In this document: positions 11,051-25,629 of the stretch, one piece after another | Numbering within the stretch: position 1 is the first letter of the stretch | How the letters are laid out: each line of letters opens with the position of its first letter | Assembly (NCBI RefSeq): GCF_009914755.1 | Contig: NC_060944.1 | From: the human T2T-CHM13v2.0 reference genome, Homo sapiens | Direction: 5' to 3' (one strand) | Length of the DNA: 64,000 nt | Notes under the pieces: generated by a model | The model's input: only the letters and a program-made list of their open reading frames with translations | Database searches by the model: none | Told to the model about the DNA's origin: nothing | Position numbers and translations under genes: made by a program

Positions 11051-14034
11051 CTACAGTACTACTCCACTTCTTATTAGTAACAGAATATTGCTCTGAAAGC
11101 TTCCTCGTCTTCTTCTGAAATTGTATGAATTTGCTAAATAAATAAATGCATGAGTTAATAGTCTTCTAACTGGGGATGTCAGACAGTGAGACATCAAAGA
11201 AGGTATAACTGACAGCGAAATCATGTTCTGTGCCATGAAAATAAAAATCAGTATATTTTATCCTTGTTGTATAGACAGAGAAATTAAAACAGAAGACTCA
11301 TCTCCATGCATTTTGTTTTAGACCCAAATGCAATGTTTCTTATGTTAATTATTTTTTAACAGACATATAGGGTGCGAATCCAATAATAAACTTTACTGTT
11401 TGAAATCTGAATCATCTCTTAGGGATTTTGTTGAGAGGCAGATTTAACTTTTCCTTTTTATAATGTATTATAATAAAATCTTTTATTCTAAAGCATTTCT
11501 TACTAGAAATCTTAAATTTACAAAATAAGGACTCTGTCTCCTGTATCAATGTCAAACAACAAAGATAGAATTCCAAAACCTTTTTTTTCTTCTTTTTTGG
11601 ATTAATGCCTTGTCAGGCTTTAATATAGACCAGGCCTGGAAAGACCGTTTTGCCAGGAGACATGCAAGTTGTGATCTTGTGTGTTATATGCTTTTTCATA
11701 TGAAGACTTATTTGGAGAATGTTTTTAAAAGAAACACAAAATTTACATTGTAGTCCATGCAACCTGAATTGTGCCTCATAGGCTTGTACGACTATGTAAT
11801 CACCTAGTGCCTTTCTTGAAGGGACATCCTCCCTTGGGATGAATATTTTACAAAAAGGACACAGAGCCTCATGATTATTTTGGTCCATTGAAACATATTC
11901 CTCCAAGAGTCCAAGAATGAATTAGACAACTGCAGGAACAAACGCATTCTTATTTCAAAATTTGGCTATCAGTATGTCTTTATGTTTAAATACTCTTTGT
12001 CAATGTACTGTAATTTCTAATTCTTATAACCCTAAAGGGACAAAAAGTAATTCTTTCTATTTGTGAGTTGTTTTAGAGTTTATGAAGCATTTTCATACAC
12101 TTCACCTTTGTTAAGCTGTTTGGTGAATTACTTTCACATTTTAGGGAATATGGTATTTAGCTTAAAAACATTAAATGCAATAACCAAAAAAGTCAACACA
12201 AGTGTTTCATAAACCACAGTGATGCCTAATTCCCCACTTTCACAGTTGTTTCCATAATGCCCTCCAACCCCTCCTTTATTCTTGCAAACAGAGAGAATGT
12301 CACTTCTAGACATTTGGAGTTAGCTTTGGCAAGAGAGATTTAAGGTTGCAAAGTAACATCGCATGGGTTTAGGGCAGGGTCTATTTCCTTGCCATTTTCC
12401 TGTTTGAGTATGGACTAATTTCTAACAAACAAACAAACAAACAAATAAAGAAAAACCTAATTGATTAAGATATGACATAATTCTTAGAACAAAATTTTGC
12501 TCTCTTTTAATTTACTATATGTAGTAGCACACAAAAGAAGAAATGCTGAATTTTAACTTTATCTATTTGCAAAAATTTCTAAGTGTTTTAGTCTACATTG
12601 TTCTTTAAATACATACACAAATACATAAACACACAAGTGCAGCAAAAAGGAAAAGAAAAACCAACCTGACAGTTTCTTATGATGAAGAACAGATTAAAGC
12701 TAGCCAATTTGTGATGTTATTATACTTGGAAATTTTCAAAGGAAAGAGCCAAGGTCTCTAAAGACTGCAATTGGAAAACTTTTTGATATTAAATGCATCT
12801 CTTATTACACATTTGTATGCTAAAATAAGAAAAATCTGTATAGGGCAAGGAATGGAAGTTCTAAATAGGTTGATTTACATGTGCAAAACTTAATTTTTCA
12901 ACTGAAATTTCAAAAGCATTTTAACAGGCGAATTTACTATTCTTCAACTTAATGGTAGCCACATGGCTGAAATCCTTTTGAAAATGGGTATCATGCTTGA
13001 TATTTATCTAACATATTATATGACTTAGAGCTCTTTGACAAATACATTGAATCTTATTGTCCCAGCTGATTTGCTGTGAGAAAAAGAAAAGTGGAAGAGA
13101 TTGGTATCAGGAGAGAAAGTCCAGTATTCAATGACAGAATTGGTCTCTAATCTGACAGAACAACAACATCATTAAAATTTGAGAAGGCACTTTAGGCCTT
13201 ACAATAATCAGCAACCCAAAGGCAGAAGAAGGCTAAAAATAGGGACCTATAATTAACAGTCTAAAAATAGACTTGGCTAGTCATATGGAAGTCATTATAG
13301 TCTAGAGGTTAAAGTGGCTGAGGAGGATAAAAAGCAAATCAAATATTATTGCATATTAAACACACTACCTATAAACATAGTAAATACTTTACAGAGTTCA
13401 GCTCAATCCGGTACAATTTTATATAAGAAAAATATTAAAGTGCAAATTTTCATTTCCTAATGATCAAAGAAGTTTTCTTGGAAAGGTATGTTTGGCTTTC
13501 ATCCAAAAGTCTTCCTTTGGTTTAAGATATGCCTGTCATGCTATTGATACGATGGGGATTCTTTCTTTCACAAAAGAAAAATAGAGTGATTTTTAGATCA
13601 CTTTTTCTATTTAGGATAAAGACGAGTACTTCCAACATAAATAACATTTCCCAAGAACAAGTAATTATGCAAAATATATTATGGCCAACAAAGATGCACC
13701 TAGTTCATGGATTCAATAGGCTACAAAGGGTTCCACAATTTTTTGTAAGATGAAAGCTATCAATGTGTGTGTGATTTCCTTCATTTTTATTGTTAATGTG
13801 AGAAGATGTAGGAAATATTATTACTATTACTGTCAATGGGAATTACTCTCACGGTTGCAGAGTTTCCAGGCCTTTCATATGTTTGCAGGGTCTTACACTT
13901 GTTAACAACATTTCCTGGAAGGCTGTGAGAAAACCTTAAATCGACTCCCTTTACTTTTAAACATCTATCTAGGTTAAAAAAAAAAAAAGTGGATGTGTGA
14001 AGGAGTGATCAGATGTTGCCTAAAATGGAAAGTA

Positions 14035-14310
14035 GCATACTAATGTGGAAGGAACACAAGTGTTTTGTCTGGGGCTGAGATGGGGATTGGGAATCACACT
14101 GTGCCTTGTATCAGGTTTATGGCTTTAGCCAAGAGATTGATTTACCTGTCAGAATCTATTTCTTAGGTTTCATCTGCATAGCGGAAATAATGGTTTGTGG
14201 TATTTACATTGGGTATTGTAAATATCTTCTGAGAAAATGTACATAGAATCTTTAGAAACACTTGGTCTTGGTACATGACATTGCCTAATAGATGATAGTA
14301 GATACTAATA
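14035..14310 (+). mobile_element. MIR
   Basis: GTTTCATCTGCATAGCGGAAATAATGG...CTGAGAAAATGTACATAGAATCTTTAGAAAC. Confidence 0.6.
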
Positions 14311-14439
14311 TTGCTGTTTATCAATTTCATCTAGTTAAACATAAATTCTTACATGTTCATAAGACAGATATGACAAAGTTGCATTAAAAAAGCTTGAAAC
14401 TTTATGGATAACAAATATGTTCTTTCTAATTTCCATCCC

Positions 14440-15260
14440 TTCCATTCAAATTTCAAGAATATTTCTCAGCTCTCCCTATTGGTTTTAAGTAATTTTTACT
14501 TTCTTAAATAAGGTCATTCCATTGAAATCTATTTTTTTTGTTCCGGTAATATCAGAGGTACCCTGTATGCCAAATAATAACTCTCATCTGTGTATTGATT
14601 TTATTTGCCAAACTCATATGCATATGATTGCTTTTGATTTGTAAATAAAATAAATAATAAAATCTTAAAAATTATAAAAATGAATACAAAAATAAATTCT
14701 GCATAATTTTTTAAAACCATGTTTCTTAAATATCTTAAATTTTTTTCCTAAGTAACTTGCCTTTCTATTGTTATTTTCCATAGGATTTTTCCATTGTATA
14801 TTTCCTATATGGTTGTTATTTGTGAATACGGAAGTATCATGTTCCAAATGACAAGTAACTATCTTACTCAATTAAATTTTCTGTTGAATCTTTGGGGAAT
14901 CTTTCAAATGTCACAACATTTGATAATTGTGGTAACTTTCTCTCCCTTTTGTCTGAATTTTTATACTGCTCATTTTTCTCTTGTCTAATTTTATTGACTA
15001 GTAACTCTAGCAGAATGTTAACTCTAGTGGTAATAGCAGACATCGTTATATTTTTTTCTGGCATTTTTGGGAATGTCTCCAGTGATACTGTATTAAGTAT
15101 AATGCTGAGATAATATATTTCATTAGATTAGAAAAGTGTCTACCTATTGCTATCTTGTTGAATGCATTTATCAGAAGAGATTTTAAACTGTGTTGATTTT
15201 TAATGTGTTTTTTTATTTTTAGAACTATTAATATGTTGAATTATATTAATTATACATTTA
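14440..15260 (-). mobile_element. Old L1M (ORF2-region) fragment
   Basis: TTTCTCTTGTCTAATTTTATTGACTAGTAACTCTAGCAGAATGTTAA...GTGGTAATAGCAGACATC is typical antisense L1M. Confidence 0.7.
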
Positions 15261-15519
15261 TTAAAATTAGTGACTTTTTTAAAAGTCAGAATCTGGTATG
15301 TAATTATTTATAATATTAACTCATAGTAGTTGACTTTTGAAAGCTTGTCTGTGCTTAACAAAATCTGTACCAAGTCATTTTGGATGACATTTTTATTAAG
15401 TTGCAGCAAAATCATTTTTTGAAGTCTGAATATTTTATCAACAGAAACATCGAGTACATTATTTACTATATAAAAATAAAGCAGCTTTATAAAATATTGT
15501 TGCTTTTTTATATTTTTCT

Positions 15520-15950
15520 TTTTTTATGTTATTTTCAATACATTTATGAGATTCAAAGATTAAAAAAATTAAAGATACATAATGAAAGTCTCATTTCATC
15601 CTCTGCCCCGTCTTCTCAGAGCTCCCTCTTGGCCTTTTCACAGGTACCACTGCTTTCACTTTTTGTATAACCTTCCCATGTGTATACACATGTACAGACA
15701 AATATGAATAAAGATTCTCCCCTGTTTACACAACAGGTAGAAGAGTATGCATATTTCCTGCACCTTGTTTTTTCATTAGCAATATAGCCTCAAGAACATT
15801 CCACCTCAATAGATATAATAATTCCTCATTCTTTTTTATAGTTGCATATCATTCCATTATATGGTATATTATCATTTTTACCATTTTCCTGTAGTGGACA
15901 TTTAGAATGCCTCCAACATTTCTAAATTACAATGTTGAAATGAATAGTCT
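15520..15950 (-). mobile_element. L1ME-type 3' end fragment
   Basis: CTCATTCTTTTTTATAGTTGCATATCATTCCATTATATGG...GTGGACATTTAG. Confidence 0.7.
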
Positions 15951-16009
15951 CCAAAAATCAAAATCTGTACTGATAAAGCTGATAAGTACCTTTTTATTTT
16001 GCCTTGAAA

Positions 16010-16150
16010 GAGGAATTGTAAATTGATGTATGGAGATACACTTGGCAATAGATATCAAAATTACAAATGCTGGTTCTCCTTAACCCAAGAAATCCACTTC
16101 TGGGAAGAGATTCTCTTTTCCCTGCACGTTTCAGTGATGCTTGTGTTAAA
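16010..16150 (+). mobile_element. L1ME fragment
   Basis: CTTGGCAATAGATATCAAAATTACAAATGC...AACCCAAGAAATCCACTTCTGGGAA. Confidence 0.6.
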
Positions 16151-16639
16151 AATCAGAAAGACATTCCTACTTTAGTTCTTGCACTCTATTTTTATGAGGA
16201 AATATATTCTGAAGACTTTAAAGAACATGATAAATGCTTATTAGGAGATCTATGTAGTAATATGCCAACCTCCTGAGACCCCTCCAAGCATCATGTTTTG
16301 AGTTTTTAAATCCTACGCTGTCATCGGGAATATATTTCTATCTTTAACCAAATAATTTTAGATTTACAAACCTTGTAATATCAAGTGCCTTCGCTCAGAT
16401 TCATACTCAGGTGATTCTCATTATACTTTTCTGTTCCACCACCTCATTCCTTGGCCTCACTTTAATTTTTTTCCCTTGGCAGAAAAGGTCATTCTGTTGA
16501 CAAAAAAATTATCACATCTTCTTATATTTCTTTCCTTCTCTCTCTTCCCACATAATCCCTTGTGCCTCTAGCTGAATGGTTATTTTTATTTCTTTGGAGT
16601 TCTTTCCTTCATCCTTCCTCATTCCTTAATTTAAGATAG

Positions 16640-17520
16640 TTATTAGCATTAATTTATAATTAATTTTAACATATGTCATAGTAATAAGCAAGTAGGAGGC
16701 TTCATCATGCAAATAAATGGCTCCCACCCCAAAAATGAGCTCTACTAGTTCCATTCCCTTAGAGACTATCTCTTTTAAGATGTCTGTTCAAGGGTTCCTG
16801 GTGGTTACCTCCATAATTTTAAATAATATTGTCATACCACTGTTTTCTGGATGATTAACTTTCATCTATTTACTTTTTTATATGAAAGATGAGGATTAAC
16901 TCCTATATATCACCTAACTCTTGCCACCCCACTTCTTCCCAATTTTAATAGATTTTTAATTTTTATTTTATTCTATTGAATTACTGCATATATCTTTAAT
17001 TTATATTCTTAAAATTATTTATTTTAAGCATTTGAAGATTTCTTTGATCCTCTCTGTGTATATTATGTTACCTTTCGTCCTTACTCCTTCTGACACCTCT
17101 TTTCCCCATTTCTACTGTCTATCTCCTGGGTGATAGTTGTCAAGTTTGATAACATTTATATTCTGTTATCTTACTATAGTCAAATCTCTCCTGCCCTTTC
17201 TGTAAGTTGAGTCTCACAGGTGAAAACTAATAACACATGATTATAATGTAATTATTGTTCATTGTAGAGTCAAGTAGTGAGTTATAATTACAGTTGCTTT
17301 TCTACTAGTACAAGGTCTTAAACTCATTTGGAATTGCTATTTGGAGAAAGTGTCTAGTGCCAAGAGCAAATACAGTTTCCCTTTTAATTCTAAATTGAGT
17401 GCTGTAGCCTATGCCATCTCATGAAAAACATTTGGTTTGCTTTTCTATTTAGATAAATATTTTCTTTCTTTTTCTCCTGTAGTTATTACTTGCCTTTGAT
17501 TTTTCTCATTGAGAGAATTA
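16640..17520 (-). mobile_element. HAL1-like fragment
   Basis: GGTTACCTCCATAATTTTAAATAATATT...TATGAAAGATGAGGATTAACTC. Confidence 0.6.
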
Positions 17521-18009
17521 TACACCCGATCACCCAATCTTCTTGAAGACTAAAATTAAAACCTATCTTATCCATGGAAGATGCCCACTGTGACACCACT
17601 GAGGCCGTTTATTCTGGTACAAACTAACTGTCTCTATGGTTAGTATTATAAATTCCTGTATAGATTATGATAACACTAGATACTTTTATTTTTCAGAATT
17701 ATATTTTACATTTCCTCAGGTAGTTGCTGTAATGAATATTCTTGAGAAACTTTTTTTTTTTTGCCTTTTGCGATACCTATCCTTTCTTCCACTCTAATGC
17801 TTACAACAGTTCTATGTTTCCTATGAGTGTTAATTTACATCGGTTGATAATGCAGCTTCCAAATGAGATCTACATTTTGATTATTATTTAGTTATCTTGA
17901 TTCCATATGCAGGGAAATGGTCCACTAAAAGTATCAATGAAAATCACTGGTTCAAGGTCTCTAAGTGTAATTCCTGGGTCAATCACAGCCCCCCATCACC
18001 CCTATGTAA

Positions 18010-18720
18010 TCTTACCCATTTCCTTTAACACCTTTTGGACTCCTTTTTATGTCTTTTGTGTATTTTGGGAGTATTCATTCCTTTCCACTCCCAATACCAC
18101 TTTGTTCAAGTCCTCATCTCCTCTCTAGAGCTAGAGTTAGGTCAGCTCCCAACAGACTTCTCTGCTTTAAGAAGTCTCACTGAAACCCACCAAGGCACAA
18201 CTTTCTCTGGCTCTAAGATATACAATGTCTCTCTAACACCTTGCAGCTAAACTTCAAACTCCTTATTCTACTACTTAAGTTCCTCCATGATCTAAGCAAA
18301 TGCGCCTAGTGAATAATAAGGCTAAACTTAACTAGACAACTTTAAACTCTTTAAATGCACATTGACTCTTCCCCTCTCCAATCTGGCTTACACAGCTCCC
18401 TCTTTTGAAATGCCCATTCCCAGTATCTGCCTCATGAAGTCCTCCTTATTTTCAAAGACTTCTTCAAGTTTAATGATCTCCATGGAATGTTTTTATGCCT
18501 CAAAACAGAAGTTGTATCTCCCTTCCCATGCTTCCTCCTAGCACTTCTTAAGATCAGTTCCTTCTTAACAGAGCCCCTTGCATAGTATTCATTTCTATGT
18601 GAGTGTTAGGTCCCAAACTGGATGCATCTTCCCTGAGAAAAGGGGATTTCTATCAATATTATGTGTTCCTCAATGAGCCCATCATTGTAGGAACTCCAAA
18701 ATTATGTTGACTACAAGACT
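18010..18720 (+). mobile_element. L2 fragment
   Basis: Pyrimidine-rich L2 3' region (CCACTTTGTTCAAGTCCTCATCTC...AATGCCCATTCCC...TCCTCCTTATTTTCAAAGACT). Confidence 0.65.
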
Positions 18721-19915
18721 GAAGCTATAAAATGACATTAGTTATTCTTACCCTTGCTTACCTCACAGGGGCATGGGTATGCCTTATTTGGAGGCAGGAT
18801 TGCAGAAATTTATGGAGCTATTCTGGGATGCCATTTAGTTTTATTTTTTCCTGAGCAGATGAATGACTAGGCACATAGTGTTCAGGATACATTTGAAAAA
18901 AGAAATAGATGAAACTGCAGCCAGTTTAAACTTCCCCATTTTTTAATGGAACATGATGCGAGATGTTTCATTCATGTGCCTGAAGAAATAAAGACAAATG
19001 AAAGGGCTGAGTCAATAAAAAGTCAAAATATATTTTATAACCATATATAAATTCAAACATGAAAGCATTTAGTCATTCATATTACAGGCTGAAAAGCCCT
19101 CCTGGCCTAGCATTAGAAGAAATTGTATGTTTTAATTATCTTGTGGACCTTATTAAAGTTGCAAGCTTGTTTCTCTTTGCTATGTGTACTGACAACCATT
19201 TCTCACATCTCAATAAATAATAATGGCATCATAATTGAGAGATGGGCACTTAGAAGTTTCAGGAGAAAATATCCCATGGGAGGGGGTATCTATACATGAG
19301 AATAGGAATTTTCCCTTACCTGCCAACAAACTTGGCTACATGAGCAGACAATATTTTATGTCTTTCAGCGGGTGTGGAGAGTTCAAACATTGGCATTGCA
19401 GTTGTATGCCTGCAATGATGAAAATTAGATTAGGAATATCTGTAACTATTTTATAAACTGTTGGAAGGTAGAAAAAAACACAAAGGTGTTTAAAGAAACA
19501 GCCTGGTGGTACAAGGAAGATAGGAATAGGGGAATGACTTCCTGGTAGTCTTGGTTTCAAAATAGCATAGATTTAAGATTAGTTTATCAAATAAGGGTCA
19601 TCTAGCCCAATTTCCTTGTTTTGTACATAGGAGAATTGAAGTGTGATGAAGAAAGTAAGTCATTACTTGTACTATTTTGTCACCCGATATACAATTTATA
19701 AGAGTGAAAAGTAGGCTTTCTATATCAGATAAAACCTTTCTTTGAATCATAGAAGGATCCTATTGATGGACCATTTCGTCACGTTTCTTTCATCCCTAAT
19801 ACCTTGTTAAACAAATAAGTAGTTTTGCCCTTTCTTTCAATCCCAGGGATGGTAAGAATGAAATGACACCACAAACAATTACGCATTTAATATCTTTCAG
19901 AAGCTAGTACAAGAT

Positions 19916-20812
19916 CAGGGGCCTTTGACCTAGCAACCACCTCCTCACTCTCCCAACCCTGCTTCCCGGCACCCACCTTCCCAGAATCTATGAATAGAAT
20001 CCAGGGGATCTGTGGATTAAGATGGGAAAAAATTGCACTTTGATTCTGCCAAAAGACAAAATTACAACAAATTTATTTTAAAGATTTTAATTGGCTTCTA
20101 TTTCTGATTCTAGAATCAAGCAACACCTTATTCTATAAAATAGAAGGAGTGTTTCTATGAGTTAAACAGAGGAGGTTGGCTTTGTAAAGGAAAGGAGAAA
20201 CAGAGAACAGAAAGTGGATTGGCCATTTCAAAATTACTTGCCTTGTGCAGGTTAAAGCAGACAGGACTTCCTTATTATTCCTGCTAATGCTGGCCTACTG
20301 GGGGACTTGGCAATTATCTCTCTTTCTCCTGATTTTTTGTAACGACAGATAACAACATTGTTTTGGCTTGGTGGAGTGGAACGTTAGCATAGTAGCTCCA
20401 TTTTGTTTTGGTCTGGTGTGCTTAGCGGCTCAGTCCAAACCAATGCCCTCTTATAAATTTTATTTCACAATGTTCACCCCAAATAGAACATTTCTTTCAG
20501 TAATGAAAGTGAGCACAAACCACAGTACCAGGACAGAGATATCTTCATATTGAATGACAGTTGTTGCAATACCATGGTAGTTAACAGATTCACTTAAACT
20601 TATTAGATACTCATTAATTTACTAATATAAGCTATTCTTTTTACTACATCACACAAATATGTTTTTTAAAATTGCATTTATAGAATGGGCCTTCTTAGAA
20701 TTCCTATGTATTTTATCTTATGCTTTAGAAAGTATTATTTTCTTAAAGGGTCTTAGGCTTCACCAGTTTGCCAAAAGACTTATGGCATAAAAAAGGACAC
20801 AAATTTCTACAC
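19916..20812. mobile_element. MER113-like hAT-Charlie element, split by an LTR
   Basis: ATGAATAGAATCCAGGGGATCTGTGGATTAAGATGGGAAAAAATTGCAC...AGGCTTCACCAGTTTGCCAAAAGACTTATGGCATAAAAAAGG. Confidence 0.75.
20047..20469 (-). mobile_element. ERV1 solo LTR (MER57/MER93/LTR54 group)
   Basis: TG...CA ends; AAAAGACAAAATTACAACAAATTT start; CTCAGTCCAAACCAATGCCCTCTTATAAATTTTATTTCACA end. Confidence 0.8.
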
Positions 20813-21032
20813 TAAATAATACCTTAAGATGTTTAGCTTTTGTTTATGGCTATTTAAAAAAATTATTTCCAACTATGCACCTTTGAAACTAGTTTTCACA
20901 GTGTTTTCTACTTAATTCAAGCTATTATTCTCATTGACATTGATTTTCTCTACCAGCCTCCATTAGAAAGAGAGCTTATGTTTTTGTAGACATTTTTATT
21001 ACCACTTCTAAAATAATTACAATGTTGTTTTT

Positions 21033-21331
21033 GTCCAGGAATGGTGTCTCATGCCTGTAATCCCAGCACTTTGGAAGGCTGAGGTGGGAGAATAGCCTGA
21101 GCTTAGGAGTTCAAGACTAACCTGGACAATATATGAGACCTTGTCTCTACTAAAAATCAAAACAAGTTGCTAGGCATGGTGGCACATGCTTGTAGTCCAA
21201 GCTGCTAACAAAGCTGAGGCAAGAGGATCTCTTGAACCTGGGAGACTGAGGCTGCAGTGAGCTATAATCACACCACTGCCTTCCAGCCCTGCCACAGAGT
21301 AAGACGGTGTCTCAAAAAAAAAAAAAAAAAA
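21033..21331 (+). mobile_element. Alu (AluJ-type)
   Basis: Full dimer with A-tail; TSD AATGTTGTTTTT / AAAGTTGTTTCT. Confidence 0.95.
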
Positions 21332-23730
21332 GTTGTTTCTTCCAATGGAAAGGTCATTGGTTTTTAAAGAATAAATTTAAAGTCTTTTCAAAATGTGCTT
21401 TAAAATTCTAAAGCTTTTCCTAATTTAATGCTGGAATTATTCCCAAACTTCATCAATTACTGATCAAGATTGCTGATGCAAAGAGATTAAACATTACTCT
21501 TAAATCTGGAAGAAATTATACAAAGACATACTTTTTTTTTACTTTATCCTTATGTAAATTAATTTGTAGTTGTTTGTGAATTATGCATAATATCCATATA
21601 AATAACAAGGCACCTTAAAACTGTATGTTGTTGTTTGGACATAGAATATTTCTTTTCTTTATTTAAACAAATAAATGAGTCTGAGGAATTGTTGCTGCCA
21701 TGAATTAGGATTTAATCATAGCAAATAATATCCAGGACACTATGAATTAAGCATGTAAATGATTTAAAAATTAAGAATAATCTCTCAGATATCAATTCTG
21801 TATCAGGCTGAATTTTTAACAGCTTGCATAGTTTTATCTATATCTTTCTAGAGATCAAATATCAGCGAGTGGGAAATAAGGGTCAGATGACACAAGCCAA
21901 ATTGAAATGTGCAAATCAAGCAACACTTCACACACTACTCACTTTTTATTCCTGATGAGAATGCAGTCTGGGAGTCTTATAAAATTTTTGCCAAGGCAGT
22001 CCTCTGGAAAAGCAAGGTGTAGCTGCCTTTACATTTCAGTTTGCAAATAACCCACTGGTGCTTTTTTCTTCTATGGTCACTGCTGGTCTTCTAAACATGT
22101 GGTAGCTGTGACACAGTAGTGGCTAAGTGATCACACATCATTACATCGTGCATACGTGATTATTTATGCCTTCTCAACCACAGTGTAAGTTACAAGCAAT
22201 TATTTTTCTGTCTCCTCAGTGTAATTACACTGTAATCTACAGGGACGTGTAATTGCATAGATGGGTTCTGTACTGAATTACGCAGCTCTCAGGGGCTATG
22301 TGAGATCCTGGGAGGCTTTTACCAGCTAGCAGCTGGGCGGTCTCTTTGTGTAAACCTGGTGGCCTGTATATGGGTTATGCTGGAGGGAGATTTGCATCCC
22401 AGATGTGATGTTGGGCTGCCAAGAAAACGGCCTAAGGGTTAGAGAGCCTGTCTGTTTGATATCCTGACCTCATCAAATGACCCCTTTACTTCCCATCCTC
22501 AGATTATGAAATGCCTTTAAAAAAAAAGGAAGCTCCTACGGAAGCAAAATTTTCATTGGTGGAAAATTTCTTTACGATTTAGAAATCTTTTATTTGTCAT
22601 TTTCAGATTGCATGTACCTAATAAGTACAGAATGCTTTAAAATGTGCAAATCCTCATACTTACATCTGTGCCCAAAGAAAACAATGAATTGGTTTACGAT
22701 GACAAAATGCTAAATAAATATTACACGTTTCTTTTTTTTTAACAAGAAACAAACATAACCTGTTAAATGCATAACCTGATGATGTGATAATTTATTACTA
22801 TTCCTAGTGTGTTAATCTGGAAAGGAGCAATCTTTAATTGTCAAGTTATTTGTCAAGTGCCTTCTAAGAGAGTCACTGAGGTGCCAGAGTTTGTCCAAAT
22901 GGGAGTCAGAGAAATTCCCAAAGAGACCATTTTACAGCTTGGATGATCTAATTCTCTGAGAGGAAAGCAAGAATGACATAGGTAAAAATCATTTATTCCT
23001 TGTCTCACTGGCTGATCCTCTCCTAGGAGAGTTTACGTTTTCATTGGCATTCACTACTTGGCTTGATGATCTATTCAGGTTCAGGGACAGTGTGGGCAAA
23101 TGCATGTTTTTCATGCTTCTTGTGGGTATGTATATATATTTCACTGCATGCCAGAATTCTTGTAAATTCAAAAAAAAATTTGTTTGGAACAAGAAGGTCT
23201 TCACTTAGGAAGAAGGTTTTTGGGAGAAGTCTGAGGAATTAGAGCCAAAGCGATGATATGTGATTGAATCCTGAAACAAAATTGTAAAATCCTTGCTTTA
23301 GCCTTTGATGGGAACTTTCAAGTAAGTGTGTAGTTATATAATTCACTACCAGAACTTTCCCATAGATTTATAAATTTCTGGAGCTATTTTTCTAAAAGAA
23401 TTTTGAATAAAAGGAGTGTATGATGAATTCAAAAAAATAGTCTTCTCCCAAATAAGGCTATTTTAAAAATTTGTATCTCAAATGGGCCTTTATTCAACAA
23501 ATGGGGCATTTTTTTTTGTTTTTGCTAATGTATATTATTTTTCCTTTACTATTCATTTGCCTTCTAGTATGTTTTTATGATTTATTTCTTTGGGAATAAA
23601 CATTCATAGGTAGATAAAATGGATGGATAGATAGATATAGAAAAATAGTGAAATACTTCTGTTGAGTTTTATTATAATATATTTATAAGAGCAATGCTTC
23701 TAAATTGGCCACCTCTTTCACATATCATAT

Positions 23731-24159
23731 TGTCTTAGTTCATTTTCTCTTGCTTATAACATAATATCCTAAACTGGGTAATTTAGTTTTAAAGAGGAAT
23801 TTATTTCTTACTGTTGTGGAGGCTGAGAAGTCTGAAATTGAGGGGCTGCATTTGATTAGGTCCTTCTTGCTGGTGTGGACGCGCTGCAGAAGTCTGAAGT
23901 GGCACAGGGCATCCCACGGTAAGACGATGGAGTGTGCTAGCTCAGATCTCTCTTCCTCTTCTTATAAAGCCACCTGTTCTACTGCTGGGATATCCCATTA
24001 ATCCATTAACCCATTAATTCATGAGTGGATTGACCCATTCTATAAAACAGAGGCCTCATGACCCAATCACCTCTTAAAGGGCACACTTCTCAGTACTGCC
24101 ACATTGGGGATTAGGTTTCAACGTGAGCTTCAGAGGAGACAAATATTTAAACCATAGCA
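23731..24159 (-). mobile_element. MaLR solo LTR (MSTB2/MSTC-like)
   Basis: TGTCTTAGTTCATTT...AAACTGGGTAATTT...CCCATTAATCCATTAACCCATTAAT...AAACCATAGCA; TSD CATAT/AATAT. Confidence 0.9.
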
Positions 24160-25252
24160 AATATCAATCACATGTCTTTGGTTCAGACTTTTTTTCCCCC
24201 AGAAATGGCTATCACAAAGTTCTCTGAATAATTGAAGATTTTAATGTATATCTTAATATTTAGTTACTTTAATGGCTTGCCATCACACACAGTTCTAAAC
24301 ATGTGATTGGCTTTACCTTGTAAGTCTTTAATTTCTTGTTGTGTAATGGTTTCCTTAGCCCTAAATTCATTCACTAATAAGTCATATGTTTTTTATTATT
24401 TTGTTTAAATATTATTTAATATTTAAATAATAATATTTTGATTATTACTCATTTTTTTTATTGTGGAAATGTGGCACTATCCACCTCTAACCTGGATGCT
24501 CAGCCTTATTTAGATTGTCATGGATTTGGGGTTTGGTGAAATGCTTTGAGTCTTTAGATCTTTTGTTTGATGGCACCAGCAAATTTAGGAACTCCAGTGA
24601 CATAAATTAGAGATTCAGATGAATCTGATTTTGGCTTTGTGTGGTATATAAAGGTCAACTCTCTGCCGTCCACAGAGGAATTCAAGTATGCTCTAATTAC
24701 ATAAAAGGCAAATATCTCCCTATTTGTATAGACATTAAGGACTGAGACAAATGTAAGTTACACTCCCCCCAATCATGTTATTCTATAACTATGTGTCTTT
24801 TATAACTTGTGTAATTTATTGAACTGTCAACAGAAAAAGGTTTTTTTAATATTAGCCTATTAACTGATACCAAAAATCATAACTTCATAGCTTTCATACA
24901 AGAACAAGTTTATTTGCTTGCTCATCAGAGGTTCATTCCCAGTTTTACAAAACTCTTTCAACTGGAGAAACTTGAATTCAATATGCCTTATATTCTTTTT
25001 GTATATGTGTGAGTTTTTTCCATTTGTTTGATTGTTTTGTCTTTTTTTTCCTAGAGTTGGACTTTATGTTACTTCCCAATGACTTTAATTCACATCTGTA
25101 ATTTGGGCTTGTTTCATTAGCCCAAATCAAAATAATATTAAAGCAAAATCAAAGGTATCTCAAACAGGTAGAAAAAGGCAGGGGCATATCTTGGTGACAC
25201 TATCTAATGGGAGGAAGTATGGCCTTATGAGAAGAGAACATGTAATCTATGG

Positions 25253-25561
25253 CTGTGCTGCCCATGATGGGAGCCACTAGCCACACCTGGCTGTAGGACA
25301 CTTGAACTGTGGCAAGTCCAAATTGAGATATGCTATAAGTGTCAAATATGCACTGACTTTGAAGATTTGGTATGAAAGAAAACATAAACTATCTCAATAA
25401 TGAATAATTTTTAAAATTGTTACTCATTGCAATAATATTTCTGATATATTGGTTAAATCAGGCATATTATTAATAAGCATTCACCTGTTTGTTGTTATTA
25501 TTATATAGCTACTGGAAAATCACATATGTTGTTAGCATCATATTTGTATTGGACAGTGCTG
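25253..25561. mobile_element. MER33 (hAT-Charlie MITE)
   Basis: AGCCACTAGCCACACCTGGCT...GTGGCAAGTCCAAATTGAGATATGCTATAAGTGTCAAATA; end TIR TATTGGACAGTGCTG. Confidence 0.85.
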
Positions 25562-25629
25562 GTTCTAAAGGTAAAATAAATGGACTTTATTGGAAGTCCT
25601 TGATTTTCTTGCCAGCACAGTTTGGCTCT

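Noticed and set aside
11613-11906. ORF with CPFC...CKFCVSFKNILQISLHMKKH, resembling a C2H2 finger
   Set aside because: Spacing is one residue short, the start is TTG, and the nearest acceptor (11930) puts an in-frame stop before it; probably chance
24404-24427. AT-only inverted repeats (also 51633-51648)
   Set aside because: Expected at this base composition
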